Shown: positions 14,890-28,500 of the stretch, in pieces
Layout: every line of letters begins with the position of its first letter
Position numbering within the stretch: position 1 is the stretch's first letter
Source: the human T2T-CHM13v2.0 reference genome, Homo sapiens
Reading direction: 5' to 3' (one strand)
Length of the DNA: 64,000 nucleotides
NCBI RefSeq assembly: GCF_009914755.1
Contig: NC_060928.1
Notes under the pieces: model-generated
Told to the model about the DNA's origin: nothing
What the model saw: only the letters and a program-made list of their open reading frames with translations
Database searches by the model: none
Program-made: the position numbers and the translations under genes

Positions 14890-15722
14890 AAGGAATTGTT
14901 TATTCACTCAGTATTTATTGTCAATCATTATACTATTCTGTTCACAACTTTGAATTCAAGATTAATATTGCTCGGAAGTTATTCTAAAAGCATAGCATAG
15001 AAATAGAAAAAATGAAGCTGATAATTCAAGGAGCTGCATGTCATTATAGAAATGTACTGGAACCTGGGGAATTGCATGACTTATGATGAATATGGAAGCC
15101 TGGAAAAAGCTTCCTAATGAAGCACTGATTGAGGCATGGTCGGTAAGAAAGAAGATGGAAAATAAATCAGGGTGGGCCTGTACACATCACGTGAGGGCAT
15201 GCTGAGAGACTATTTCAATGCTGAATGATAAGATTGGGTAGTAGGCCTAGAAACTTTGCTTTGGGCCATATTATAAAGGGCTTGATATGCCAAAATAAAG
15301 CTAATGGATTTAATTTTATAGGCAGTAGAAACAATGGAAGCCTTTACGCAACAGAATCCATGAATATATTTTGTTTGAGAGAAATTATTCTAATTAAAGC
15401 GAATAGAAATTGGATGAAGAGAAGCATAATAAAGACAACCTCAATAGCTTAAGGAAATAGTCGATTACATTACTGAGTACCTGAAGATGAGAATCTGGAA
15501 TTAGGAGACATTTCTGAAGTGAAAGCATTTGATAACCCATTAAATATAGAGGAAAGTGTGAAAGGCATTAGTAATGACCTGTAAACTTCTAGCTTGGGAC
15601 ACAGTGTACATAAATGATGACAGATGTGATGGAAGTCAAGAACCAAGGATGTAGAGTTGATTCAACAGTCAGTTGATAAATTCCATTTTGGACATATTGC
15701 ATTTGAGGTACCTATGGCTATC
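14890..15722 (-). mobile_element. L2 fragment
   Basis: ttattcactcagtatttattg start and ttccattttggacatattgcatttgaggtacctatgg are reverse L2 motifs. Confidence 0.65.
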
Positions 15723-16460
15723 TGAGGCAGGCAGCCTCTTCGAAGGCACTCAATAATCCCTTCCGAGTAGCATTCATGTCTTTCTGAAATCTGCTCCACC
15801 CGAGTAAGGGCTGCACTTTTTGACTTGCTTCTAATGAATAGAATATGGCAGAAGCAAGGAAATGTTCCTTCCAAGATTACATTATAAAAGCACTGTGGGC
15901 TGGGCATGGTGGTTCATGCCTATAATCTCAACATTTTCGGTGGCCAAGGAGGGAGGATTGCTTGAGACCAGGAGTTTGAGAACAGTCTGCACAACATACT
16001 GAGACCCTATCTCTACAAAAACTTTTTAAAAGTTAGCTGGGCATGGTGGGACACACCTGTGGTCCCAGCTGGGAGGAGGCAGAGGTGGGAGGATCACTTG
16101 AGCCCAGGAGTTTGAGGCTGCAGTGAGTCATAATCATTACTTTACTCCAGCTTGAGTGACAGAGCAAGACCCTGTCTCAAAATAAAATGAAATATGATAA
16201 AATAAAATAAGTAAAAGTACCGTGGCTTCCAACTTACATGGAATCTCTCTCCCCATCTACCTTAGATCCTTTGCTCTGGAGAAGCCAGGCACCATGGCAT
16301 GAGGCAGCCCTGTGGAGAGGTTCATGTGGTACAGGACCAGGCCTGCAGCATCACTTGAGTGAGCCACTAAGCAGATTACTCCCCCCACCCCAACTGAACC
16401 TTCATATGAGACTGCAGCTGTAACTAACAGCTTAATTGCAATCTTGTCACTTTCTAACAG
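15723..16460 (+). mobile_element. MLT1F-type MaLR LTR interrupted by an AluJ
   Basis: tgacttgcttctaatgaatagaatatggcagaag...ttataaaagcactgtg [Alu] gcttcc...gctctggagaagccag...gccctgtggagagg. Confidence 0.8.
15898..16212 (+). mobile_element. AluJ inserted in the MLT1F LTR
   Basis: AluJ diagnostics (ggaggatcacttgagcccaggagtttgaggctgcagtgag); TSD aaaagcactgtg / aaaagtaccgtg. Confidence 0.93.
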
Positions 16461-17714
16461 GCCACCCTGTTTTTCTCAAACTCTATCACTGATATTTTCT
16501 CAAATATCTATTTATCTATGTTTGGATGCTGTTTTAGTTGCTCTCTGTCTCCACCACTTCTACATCAAAAGCTTTATAATGTAGTCTGCCTTGCACAGTG
16601 ACACTTAGAAGAATGGCTAGCAACTAGTCACTCTAAACTTATTATCTACTTATCTTTTATCAATAAGAGTTATATTTATGTTACATATAATCACAAACAT
16701 TGGAAGTAAATGGCTTTTAGCATGGACAAGGAGGCGATATAACATGATGAATGAAGATAATAATATAATCTTAAAGATGAATAAAAATCTGTTTTTATCA
16801 TCTCTAATTTACCAATCAGTGCATTCAATGATTTCTAAATATCTCAACAATTCCAACATATAGATACTTTTCTTCCTACTTGATGGATGAGAAAATTAAG
16901 TCTCTTGATCAGAAGTTAAGTCACCTGCCTGAAAACACAACCAGTATATAGCAGAGTTAGAATATACATTTATGTTTGAATGCTTCTGTTTATTTACACT
17001 ACCTTCCCTCTGGTACTTTAGTGTTTTTCATTATAAGTATGTAAAAGCTAAAATACAAACCACTCACCCTATTTGATTGCATTCACAATACTTTTATGTT
17101 GTTTTACCAAATTTGGATTATAATTTAGGAGTGATATTTACATCTGGGAATTCTGGAAGAAGTTGTGAAGTTTAATTCCTATGGGAACTCATTATATATT
17201 CATTAGTTCAAAAACAAAGAAGCAAACAGCATGCACCAATGAAGGAGCTTGAAGACTGCCTTTCTCTCAGTGCTACCCCCAGGAATTAAACCTCACAATT
17301 TCTTTCCTGTCTAAACATGCTTTTAAAATTGTTCTGACCCAAAACAGTATTTTCAGACGTTTCTGATAAGTCCTGAATTGTTTTTTTTTCTGTGTGTTAA
17401 TCCTATGCCATTCTTTGTTGTTTTTAGTAAGTACTCAATTCTCTCAGATTACTAAGGATTCTCTTCTCTAAAAAAATACTGGCAAATTTAATATCATATT
17501 CCATACCAATGTATGAGAAGCTGCTAGTCATTTTAGTTCTCCTAGATAACTAACACATGTAAAATTGAACCAAATAATGCCAGAAACCAAATACATAATT
17601 CAACAGCACATGGTAATAGCTGGGATACTGATAGTTATACTTTTTACTTTCATTTTATTCATTTTATTTGTGGATGAAAGATGCTCTATGATCTTATTCC
17701 ATCACAATATTGAT

Positions 17715-18050
17715 AACCAACATTTTAACCATTAATATTAAGAGTTAGTGTTCATTGGGGCTTTCGTAATCTTGTTCATAAAATTTATTTATTAATGATG
17801 TTTGGGTAGGTAGCTGTTGAGATTGACAATAGTATTAATACCAGCAATGATGTGTGATGTGATATCAATGTTTGTATCCCCGCCCTCAAATAATTGAGCT
17901 CCCATGTATATGGAATACATGGTAACTGTTTTATTGTTACATGCATTAGCATTTTCAATAACCGTAGGCCATCTCAATCAATTTCCCCCATCATCCCATG
18001 ATTGCAATTTTCTTCTATGCCTATTGAATAATCCAGATTAAAGACTATAT
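17715..18050 (-). mobile_element. Probable ancient RTE-clade LINE (L4/MamRTE-like) reverse-transcriptase C-terminal fossil
   Basis: Minus-strand translation YSIYMGAQLFEGGDTNIDITSHI resembles the RT domain-7 motif FxYLGSxIxxxGxxxxEIxxRI. It is followed at the expected spacing by KINFMNKI-TKA and a frameshifted LYGxECW-like string (atattaatggttaaaatgttgg). Confidence 0.5.
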
Positions 18051-18369
18051 ATCATTTAACTCCCAGCCTCAAGTGATCTGCCCACCACATCCTCCCAATC
18101 ATTTTACAATACTTTTTGAAGTAGTCAAGGGCTTATGTACATGATTGTAGGCTTCGAAGTTCTTTTTATTTTCAAAGGCAAAATTATAGCGGTGTTGTCC
18201 AGAACACCCTTAAAGTTCTCATTTTAAATGATTGCAATCTCTGAATATTATTTCCTCTCAAATTTTGGGATTTCAAATCCATAATATCTTTATCTTGATA
18301 TATAAATTATGAATCACAATTGGGAAAGCTACCAGGGTTTTTAACCAATAATCTACAAGACTCTAAGTG

Positions 18370-18510
18370 TGGTTCCAGGATCCACAAAAATAGAATTACC
18401 TGAGAAAGTGCTAGAAATGCAGATTCCTGGGCCCCACTCCATACTCACCGAATCAGAAACTTGAGTTGGGGAAATGAAGTGCCGTAATCATCAAAAATAG
18501 GTGATGCTTG
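18370..18510. mobile_element. MER5A-like hAT-Charlie DNA transposon fragment
   Basis: agaattacctgagaaagtgctagaaatgcagattcctgggccccactcc...gaatcagaaact. Confidence 0.75.
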
Positions 18511-20101
18511 CTAAAGCAAACTAATGTTGAAGAGCTACTCAGAATATGGTACCGCTATACTTGTGTAACTTACAAAGACAAATAAACCTCAAATCACAAA
18601 CATAACACATTCATTGCAAAGTAAAGTTAATAGTCACTCTTCTAAGTTATTCATTTATAACGATCTAACCCATAATCACCCCACCTTTCACAAAGGTTGC
18701 TGTTACATCATTTAATAACTTTTAATGAAGCTGAGTTATTTAAACTTGACGTTAAGATTACCATGTACCCAGATTATCCTAAAAGCACTCAATTCACCTA
18801 TTTAAGGCTAAGAAAACTCTGTTTATGACACTTACAATCCAGTTATTCAAGACAAATAAATATTTCCTTTACATAATTGCCTCATTTAAAGAGCAAAACT
18901 GAAAAGCTAGGTTACAGAATGAGGAAAATTTGAGACACTTAACTTAGATTTAACAATGAGCAATGTGGTAAATTTATGTTGCATGGCTTGCATATTTACC
19001 AGAATCACATTATCAAAAATACACATACAAACTTTGTACTAACTTTCTAATTATTATATTTCTTGGTGGCGGAAGGAGAGGCAACATAACTCTTTTACTG
19101 ACTATCACAGATAGGTAAGTTTTGAATGTTACCACTGTTCTCAAATATGTCTTTTCTGTTAGTCTCTTAATCCTGAGTCGATTCTTTTTCAGAACAAATG
19201 TAACCCACAATTGAAATGTAAAGATATTTATTTCTTAGTGTCCCATTTTCTCCTTAGAATACGGTGGATTACTTCAGGAAAGCAATTTTACCAAGGGAAA
19301 TGTAAAATGCATTTTTTATATTGCACCAAAAGAGGTATTCAGTTTTTGTCTGGCATGTCCTCTGCTGTATTGCACATGAAAGCAAAAGGAAGGCAATTGG
19401 AAATCCTTGCCAGAGGCTAGTTATGAGCAATGAGTTCAAAGATTTCAGTGGCTTGATACGTAGTGCTTAAAATATACGAGTCTACCCTCTCCTTTCCTTT
19501 TTTCCTTTTTTCATTTTGCAAAATGGGAAACAACATTGTTCTTTCCCAACGTGGCTTTAAATAGCTCTTCCAATCTTGTTTTCCTGCCCCAGGATGTCTT
19601 AGGCAGCACTCACAATCTCCCTTTGCTCATCTGTCTTAGGGAGCTCCAGTCAGCTGCCTTTCCTAGAGTATCACAGGCATCAACCCTTTCTATAATATAC
19701 ATCATTTCCTTTTTGGCCAAAAAATACATGCAGTTCTTTAATTTTTGACTCTGGACCACTCATTTTGACTCACTGTGGGGCAGTAGCATTCAATGACCTC
19801 TTCCAAAACGAGAGGCACTGAGCTCATAGTTTTTAATGTTCCCCTCTCACACTAAGAACTGCTTGAATCTAAGTATCTAGGAATCTAAGAGTCAATTGAA
19901 GAACAGTTTTGCTAACTTAACTTATAAGAATAGAGATTGATATTAGTGCAAGAAAGTGAAAGCATATGAGGCACGGAAGTAGTATTGCTATTTTTATGTA
20001 CAAAAGTAAAAATGGAAATATTGGAGTCAAGGAGAAGACTGAGGTATAACAGACAACTCCAAATGACTACATTTGTCACCCTAAAAGTAGCAAGTGTTTT
20101 C

Positions 20102-20325
<224 letters not shown>

Positions 20326-23300
20326 GCAAGTGTTTTCAAAAACAAACAGAATATCCTTGAGCAAGAGGCTTAATATAAAACACTATTGATAAGGATACAA
20401 TTCAGATATTTTTTGAAGTTTATCTCTTTTTTCATTCAACTTCTTGTGGACCCTTAAATGGGATTTTTAATACTGAATTATAAAAATGTTTCAAAATTGT
20501 AATTTCAAATAGAATGATCCTGAGAGTACAATATTTTTAAAAAGTATATGGATTCCAAAGTGGTTAGGAAGTCAATAAATAATTCCAATAACTGTATAAT
20601 TTGTGGTTGAGGGCTTAATGTTGTGGTTGAGGGCTAAACTGAAGAGCAATCTTATTTAAGAATGTGCAAAGTAAAAATAAATAGCTTAAAAGAATATACA
20701 AAATATAAAAAACCCAAAATTATATAGCATATACCCAAATCTAGGTAGAGGTATAGATTGTTTTACTTAATCAATGTATGCTAACCCTGTGTATATAAGT
20801 CCATTTTAGATAATATCAATATCATTTTAATTTCACTGAATGCAAATTATCCAAGCCAAAGAAAAGACCCTCCAACCTCTAGGCCAAATCTTGTCTAAAA
20901 CAACTTAATCTGTCCTATAGTAAGATCGGGCGCATCAAATTCTTTCCCAGCCATCCCCACTTGTTTCCCATACCAACACTTAATAAATAATAGCTAAAAT
21001 TATATACCTACATAATACTGCATTATTGTCCACTCTGAGGCCTAAATCATGGCTTCATCATATTTCTAAAACACAGATCATAAAATCCATTCAATGAAGG
21101 CTTCTGTTTCTTGCAAAATAAAACTTCAAAATTACCAGAGAGGTAATAATGGTCAGGTTAATGCCTGGGTTACATTCAATACTGAAATGGTATATAACTC
21201 TTTTTCCCTTAAGGACCACAAAACAGCCTTGTAAACTCATCCTAGAGGATCTAAAAGAGAACCCCCTCATAACAGAATGGCATTCCCAGCTTGCAGGCTC
21301 TGAAACTCCATTGAGTCATGCCACATGTATGGAAAATGATTTTTGGAGTGTTATTCTATCTAAGGAAAAACAAAGCAAATTTTCCACTTTCAAGATTAAA
21401 GGACATTCTGTCTACATTAAGACAAGCAGGGTAAGTCTTAAACACTTGTTAATCTTAGCACTATGTTTAACAAGCCTCCCAAGTATTGAACTCAAGAAAC
21501 CTAAGAAATGAGATCAATGTTAGCTTTTTCATGAAATTTAAATGTGTCAAACAATAAAGTCTTCAAATAGTTTGCCATTTTTTGCTAACAGGGAAAATTA
21601 AGCAGTGAATTAATGACCTCACAAGGATTTTGGAGAATGCTGGGTAAGTTTACTACACTCCACATAAGTATAATATGCAGATCCTAATTATTTCACATCA
21701 TATATTTCTATTTTGTACATTGAAATCAGGATCACGTTAAAAACTTTTATAAATGTAGCACATTAATATTATAGGTATGTTAATATTATAGGTATTAATT
21801 AATAGGTAATAATATTATAGGTATATTGAATAGCCATTTTGTAGATAAAAAGTGTTTAATATTGGTAATTTGACGTGGTTCAAACTAATATATCTATAAT
21901 ATAGACAAATAAGTAATAGACCACTCAGTAGACTTTAAGAAATAAATCTATTAATACCTAAAGGCTGAAGCAAAATACATTTGTCAGTTAATAGGAGAGA
22001 ATTTTCCAGGAATTTGTTAGAGATGGAATGAAATGACCAGTGGATATGATACATTTTTTAAAAATTGAGCGTGTCAGATAAATAAATACACTATGTTTTT
22101 TAATACTTTAAAGACTATGGAATGCCTGGGGGGACACAGGCATGGGTAATACAGTTGCCTGAAAAGACCTCATCATCATTAGGTTACAGTGGTGTTGCTT
22201 TTGCATTACTGCAGAATTTAAAAGAAGATAGAGTAGCAGAGTTAAGGCCAAATATTGCAATGATTATATAACTGTAAGTATGACACAAAGTTTCCTTCCA
22301 ATTTAGCAGAAACAATGGGCAAAAATATTTTTGATATTTATGTAAAATAGTGGTCGCTCTTGATACACAGATGATATGAAAGAACCACATGTATCATAAA
22401 TCAGTAGCTCCTTTTAGACCTTTGGTAAGCATACTACACTCCGTATAAGTATAATGAGCAGATCCCAATCATTTGGAGGGGGTTCAAAGTTGCTAAACAG
22501 TGTTGTAGAGATCAATCATGGAAATACATGCTTGCTGTCTCTTTGTGAATTAAATTTTCGTGCAGTGTTGCAAAAAAAAGTTACTATGTAAAAATAACAC
22601 ATAAATAAATAAGCTTATCTTTCTTCAAGATTATACTTTTCAGCCTGGCTATACAACTGGCCTATAAAACATGAAGTTATTTCAGTTGTTTAACAAGAAT
22701 TCATTCTCAATTCCACCAAATAATGGTATCACAAGTTCATCTCAAAACACAAATTAGTGATTAATACATCAAAAAACTTAGTACACCAAAATTGTAGAGA
22801 GAATATGATGAGCATTGAAAGGTTAGATGGAAATACTCTTCCGATACCATTGACCAGAGCTCAAATGCCCTGTTTTCAGATACTGTCTTGATCCCATCTA
22901 AAATATAAGCCAATTGTGTGAGACTATATACCAATTAAAATACAAAAACTAAAATAAAGCGTAAAAGAAGGCAAAAGAAAATTGATTACTCATTGCATGC
23001 TATTTTTTAAATTCATTACCTTGAACATTACTAAACATATCCTAGAAAAGGTCTTATCTTATTAAACTGTCCTCAATGATTTCAAACTGTTATTTCTTAT
23101 GTAATTTTGTTTTCTTTGATCAATACTTATGAATGAACACAGTAAGCCTAGTGTCAGCAAATTTGTAAACTACTTTGTTAAATTTTAACAGCGTATTATA
23201 AAATATTATGACATAATTTTCCAAGTTTCAGTAACCATTTGCTGAATCTGACAGTTTAATGTATTTGACTTCATTGCCAGAATCACAATGCTAAAAATAT

Positions 23301-23610
23301 GTGTGGGCTCTTTAATAATAAAAAAAGAAAATCTATTCATTTTCAAGAAAGCTGCTACCAAACTACTGAATATATTTCAGGTCAAAGAATAAAAGAATTA
23401 TTTTTAATTCAAATCTAATGACATAAAATGGAGTCCTTGCTGCATTCTCCCAAGCCAGGTTTAGCTGCTCTGTTAGATCTGTCTCTATTTAGGGGAAAAA
23501 TTGTGTTTTATTCTTTCTTTAGTCTGCACAATTGACCTCTTCTTCTTCCTCTTTATCCTCTTCTTTTTCTTCCCCTCCCCTCTTCCTTCTCTTTCTCCTC
23601 CTGTTCTCGT

Positions 23611-23611
<1 letters not shown>

Positions 23612-23650
<39 letters not shown>
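23612..23650 (+). repeat. (TCA)13 trinucleotide repeat preceded by an approximately 75-bp polypyrimidine tract
   Basis: Direct count. Confidence 0.95.
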
Positions 23651-25207
23651 GCTATGAATGGGTTTGTATTCAGAGCATTTTGCAGGTTGGGTTCATGAAC
23701 AAACGATAAAAACTTTACCCTTCAGGAATCTGTACTTTGAGAATGGAGCTACAGCATAACACATACATAAGAAAAAACAGTAAGATATGCCATATAGTAA
23801 GTGACAAACATTTAAGAAATAACTGTTACAACAATTCGAAAAAGTTATTAGTCCTTTAATTCTGACTCTCTGACTCAAGGAAAATTGCTTGGTCACCTTT
23901 TTAAATGGGCACAGTGTGTTAAGATGAGAGGAAAGGAAACATGGAGAAGGAATCTGCATTTACTCAACTCCTAGTATGTTCCAGGAATTGTAATAGGCGC
24001 TTTTACCTAGTCTTTATTACATCTAACTCACATTAAACAGACCTAAACCCAAAGATAATGGTAGAGAAAACTAATTCTCAAAATGGAGATTTTGAAAAAA
24101 ATATGGTTGAATAACACAGATTAAGTTACAGAGAAAATGAAGGTGGAGAAAAGGAGCCAGGGCTTTAACACAAGTCATCTGATTGGGAAACCAAAAGTCA
24201 ATTGGCCACTCATTATGATGGTCAATTGAAAAACTCCTGGCCCTTATACATATTTAAAATTCATGGAGACAATCTGAGTGGGTGGTTTCTGAATTCTAGA
24301 TCTTATGACTCAATTACAACTTTCTACTGTGAAAGGTTGAGCAGAGATTTAAAATGCTTTAAGTTCAATTATTCTGACTAATATTCAAAGCATTCTTTTC
24401 ACTGTAAAATGGTTTTTTTTTTTAACTTGATGAAAAACTAAAATAACGTCTCTGAGACAATAAACCACTAAATGAATCTGGCTTTGGTAATACATTGGTA
24501 CTATTTAAAACAGAGATTCTCAAAGCCTATGGTTGGTTTTAAATTGACAAACCACATTCAGTGTCATATCTAAGAGTTCCATTGTTCAAACATTGCTCAA
24601 TCCTTATTTTAATAATGAATTCTATTATTGAATATTGAAATATTGAAAGGTGTTTGAAGAAAAATAAATATAATTCCTTACTGCCACTCAAATGTACAGT
24701 CTGTGGTTCCAAAAATTTGAATTTAAATGCCCTTATTGTGGGAAAAATAAATTTTTAACTAGAAAAATGGAGAAATCATTTGGCTCATTCTCCCTTCTGC
24801 CCACCTCATAATCTTTCTTGGAACTGAAATGGAAGACTACCTCATTTTGTTACATGACAATTCTTTTTTTCTCTGGATGTTTGTGTGAGGTTTTCTCTTA
24901 GTTTCCTGTAGAGTTTGAACCCAATGGCCCTTGACTAAATAGTGTGACCGTAAAGTCAAAGAACATTTGATATTTATTAAAAAGCTGTAATCAATATTTA
25001 TTAACTAGTGTTAAGATATATTGACATTAGACACTGCATATGAAATGCTTAGAACAGTGCCTGGATTATTAAATATTAGCTATTATTATTAATATTTTCC
25101 TTGACAAATAAATCATGCTAGTAAAAGTACTTAATTATGTTTCTGATGTTCAATAACGAAACTGAACAGAAAAACTGATATGGTATAGGCTGTTAAAAAT
25201 GAAAGTG

Positions 25208-25516
25208 GGCCGGGCTCGGTGGCTCACGCCTGTAATCCCAGCACTTTGGGAGGCAGAGGCGGGCGGATCACGAGGTCAGGAGATCGAGACCATCCTGGCT
25301 AACACAGTGAAATGTTGTCTCTACTAAAAATACAAAAAATTAGCTGGGTGTGGTGGCGGGCGCCTGTAGTCCCAGCTATTCGGGAGGCTGAGGCAGGAGA
25401 ATGGCGTGAACCTGGGAGGTCGAGCTTGCAGTGAGCCAAGATAGCCCACTGCACTCCAGCCTGGGCGATGAGCGAGACTCCATCTCAAAAAAACAAAAAC
25501 AAAACGAAACAAAAAC
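25208..25516 (+). mobile_element. AluY, full length
   Basis: ggatcacgaggtcaggagatcgagaccatcctggctaacac and gaatggcgtgaacc; TSD aaaatgaaagtg. Confidence 0.96.
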
Positions 25517-28269
25517 AAAATGAAAGTGGATATCCACCAACACAGGAAATGTGTAGAAGAATCTCAAAAAATTTTTTTTTCAAAAAAAAAAGCTGTCAAG
25601 TTTTGGGGGGAAGGTAATTTGGCCGTGTACTAGTTCTTTATTTGAATTATTTACTAAACTTTGTTGCATAAAACAACAATCGGAATAAATACAGGTGTAA
25701 AGTTTTTCTCCCATATTTTATTTTTGTTAAGAAAGAATAGGTAATTCACCATTCAAATAACCTTTCTAATGGGGAATATTAATTGCAACCATAAAAATGT
25801 AGAAAATAGTTTCCCAGACATTGAAAGTTCTATTATAAATCAATGAAGAATGCTAATTAGCAAAATACTTTAATTGCCTCACTTTTACTTGATAACCAAG
25901 AAAAAGCATGACCATCCCCTTTTAGGAGACAATATGAACAATCTCTTTTATGTTTCTAGCATCATTCTCAGGGATAGATTTCATCCAATTCCTCTCTTTG
26001 ATGGAGGTAAGTAAAGTAAAACTCATCATTTCTCATATGATAAAAATTTAAGTCCAAAAACATTAAACAATTGAAACAATGTAAGAAAGTGTCTTTCTTT
26101 CTTTGGGAAATCAATCTGGATATATACAGCAGTTAATGTTCTAACATGTTGACATCTCTTAATACACATCATTTAAAAGCCGACAGTCATTCTTCCTTTT
26201 TTCTCTGACCTCAGATTTCCTCATATTATAACTTAATTCCCTAGTAAACTCTATAAACAGACTCCAATAAGGAACTGAGTCTCATCTTTGACCAAAGTTA
26301 TATTTCCCACTCACAATTTGAAAAAAAAATCAGTTATCTTCTGTTTTTCTTTCTTTATGTTGTTCACAGTACAAAGAAGTAAGTTACTGTTGGATTAAGA
26401 ATATCCAAGACAATGGTCACAACTTGAAAGCACATGGAAAAACATGAATTATTTTTATAATGTCAGCTAATCCACAGCTGTGCCACCTGTTAGTATGGAT
26501 GCTATCCAAAAGGATTTTTGAAAGTAAGCCAGGCAGTCTGCCTTCGATGTATGAAAAAGAAAACTGTCAAACATTTTGAATGGTGGGGAGGGGTTTTTGC
26601 TTGGGGGAAAATGGAGTTCGCAATGGACAAACTAGAAGTTATCTCCTGTATCCTATGAATCTCTCATGAGCCATTGTCTTCTGATGAATTAAGGAATAAT
26701 TAATTTCTAAAAATCATGTCTTAGAAGCCATCACTCCAAGGACACTATCAATATCTATCTATCTATCACGCTGTACTTCTCATTTAGTCTCTTTAAATAT
26801 TTAAACTTTAATTCAAGGAATTAATGAAGTAACTATATCAAGCACTTTCATTTGAAAAGGTGAATTCACTCATTTTAATGACATTGTGAAAAATCTATTC
26901 ATATCCTTCATCTGAACAAGATGTTAGAAATGTGTTATTGATATTTTGGATCTCTGAGATAAACAGTACCACAGACACTAAAAGAAACCATAATTAGCAA
27001 CTGATCCAAGGAAAATATAAAATGACAAAATTCTAAAATGTTATATCTAAACCACAGCAGACATAATAACCACAACAATGCAGAAGTTCTACGAATATCT
27101 ATTGAACTTTATTAAAAATATAACTAATTTTCCCTACTGACAGATGTTGTAGAACTACATTTGAAAATACCAAGCGGTAAAAGTAATTTCTTATGCCCAG
27201 GAGGACACTTCAGGTTAAGCACAATGCTAGTAAAAGCACAGCTGTGAAATCTTAGGAGAGATTTTTCCTATATGCTTTATAAAATCTGATTCTCTATGTT
27301 TCTTTTAGCCTTGTTATCCAAATGCAGAAATGGCAGCTGAAGAGATGATTTGTGACAGCATTTGCTGAGACGAAGTCTGTCCACTAGATGGATAAAATCA
27401 GTTCCCTTTTCATAGGTCTGTGAGTAGCCAACAGCTAAGAAGCAAATTATTAATTCTTACACTTAAATGACTGCTTAAAGATTTTTGATGTTGTTTTTGT
27501 TATTTTCTTAGCCACTAGTCTACAGACTTCAATGACATATTAAGGATTATAAATCTATTAATAAACCAGACACATTCTGTCTCTTTAATTTCTTTGCAAT
27601 AGTTCTCCAAATATTATACTACCAATACTTACTGGTAGGCAATGATTTAGGGACGAATTTATTTAAATTGTAAAAAATCAAAGATCAGTGAGGGAAAAAA
27701 ATCAAAATCATCAAGAATACACTAAAGAAAGACTGGTGTCAAAGTTGAAATTTAATACATTAAATATACAGTTGATTCAGCTTCGACTCACCAGGTTAAA
27801 CTCAGGGAAAATTTCTTAGCAGTAAGCCTCTTTATGTAAGACTCCTAAAAGGATCTGAAGATTTGTTTTACTTAGAGGTCTTTCGATTGCAAAGAATAGA
27901 GATTCACCCAGAGTAGCTGAAAGATGGGGCAGCATAGTTATTATTAAAATTTGCCGTGGGATAAAGAGATCCTCAGAGCATACTGAGAGTCATCTTTTCC
28001 CCGTTCTCAAGAAAGAAGGCCAATTGAACCAATTCATCTTTTTGGATTCAATTCACGACTTACAAGTCGTAGATTGCTAGTGCACTTACAGATTGGCTGC
28101 CCTTGAAAAAGTTTTCATATCTGGCAAAGAAAAGAAGCCAGAGTTGGTGGTAAGGAACACAACCATAAATTGCAGATCATAGCTGATGACTGCAATGGAA
28201 GCATGTAGGGGAGGCAGTCCTTCGAAGGAGTGTGGCTGCCAGGCAGGCAGCTATGGCCATCTAGTGTAG

Positions 28270-28500
28270 AGAGTGGGGTTGAAAGTTCAGAACCTGGACT
28301 CATTCTGATTGCATTGAGCCCAGCTCTACTATTTACTACGATGTGACTTTGGTCTAGTCAATTAATCTATTTGATATTTATTTTCCTCAACATTAGTACC
28401 ACTTAAGGTTATTGTGAAGAGCCAATGAGTTCATTTACGTAAAGTCCTTAGGCCAGTGTCTGGAACTGAAATCACCAGGCAGTATAGGTTGGCCAATATT
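28270..28500 (+). mobile_element. MIR
   Basis: cccagctctactatttactacgatgtgactttgg...aggttattgtgaag. Confidence 0.7.

Noticed and set aside
18059-18097. 39-bp Alu-like fragment
   Set aside because: Too short to classify; no tail or TSD
21763-21826. Short tandem repeat of taatattataggta; similar micro-duplications at 2210, 20602, 38860 and 46277
   Set aside because: Ordinary slippage duplications with no unique spacers; not a CRISPR-like array
21425-27425. Scattered plus-strand splice-like sites suggesting an antisense lncRNA (21431, 26007, 27309-27419)
   Set aside because: GTAAGT/GTGAGT words occur often by chance in 64 kb; exon structure cannot be supported without transcript data
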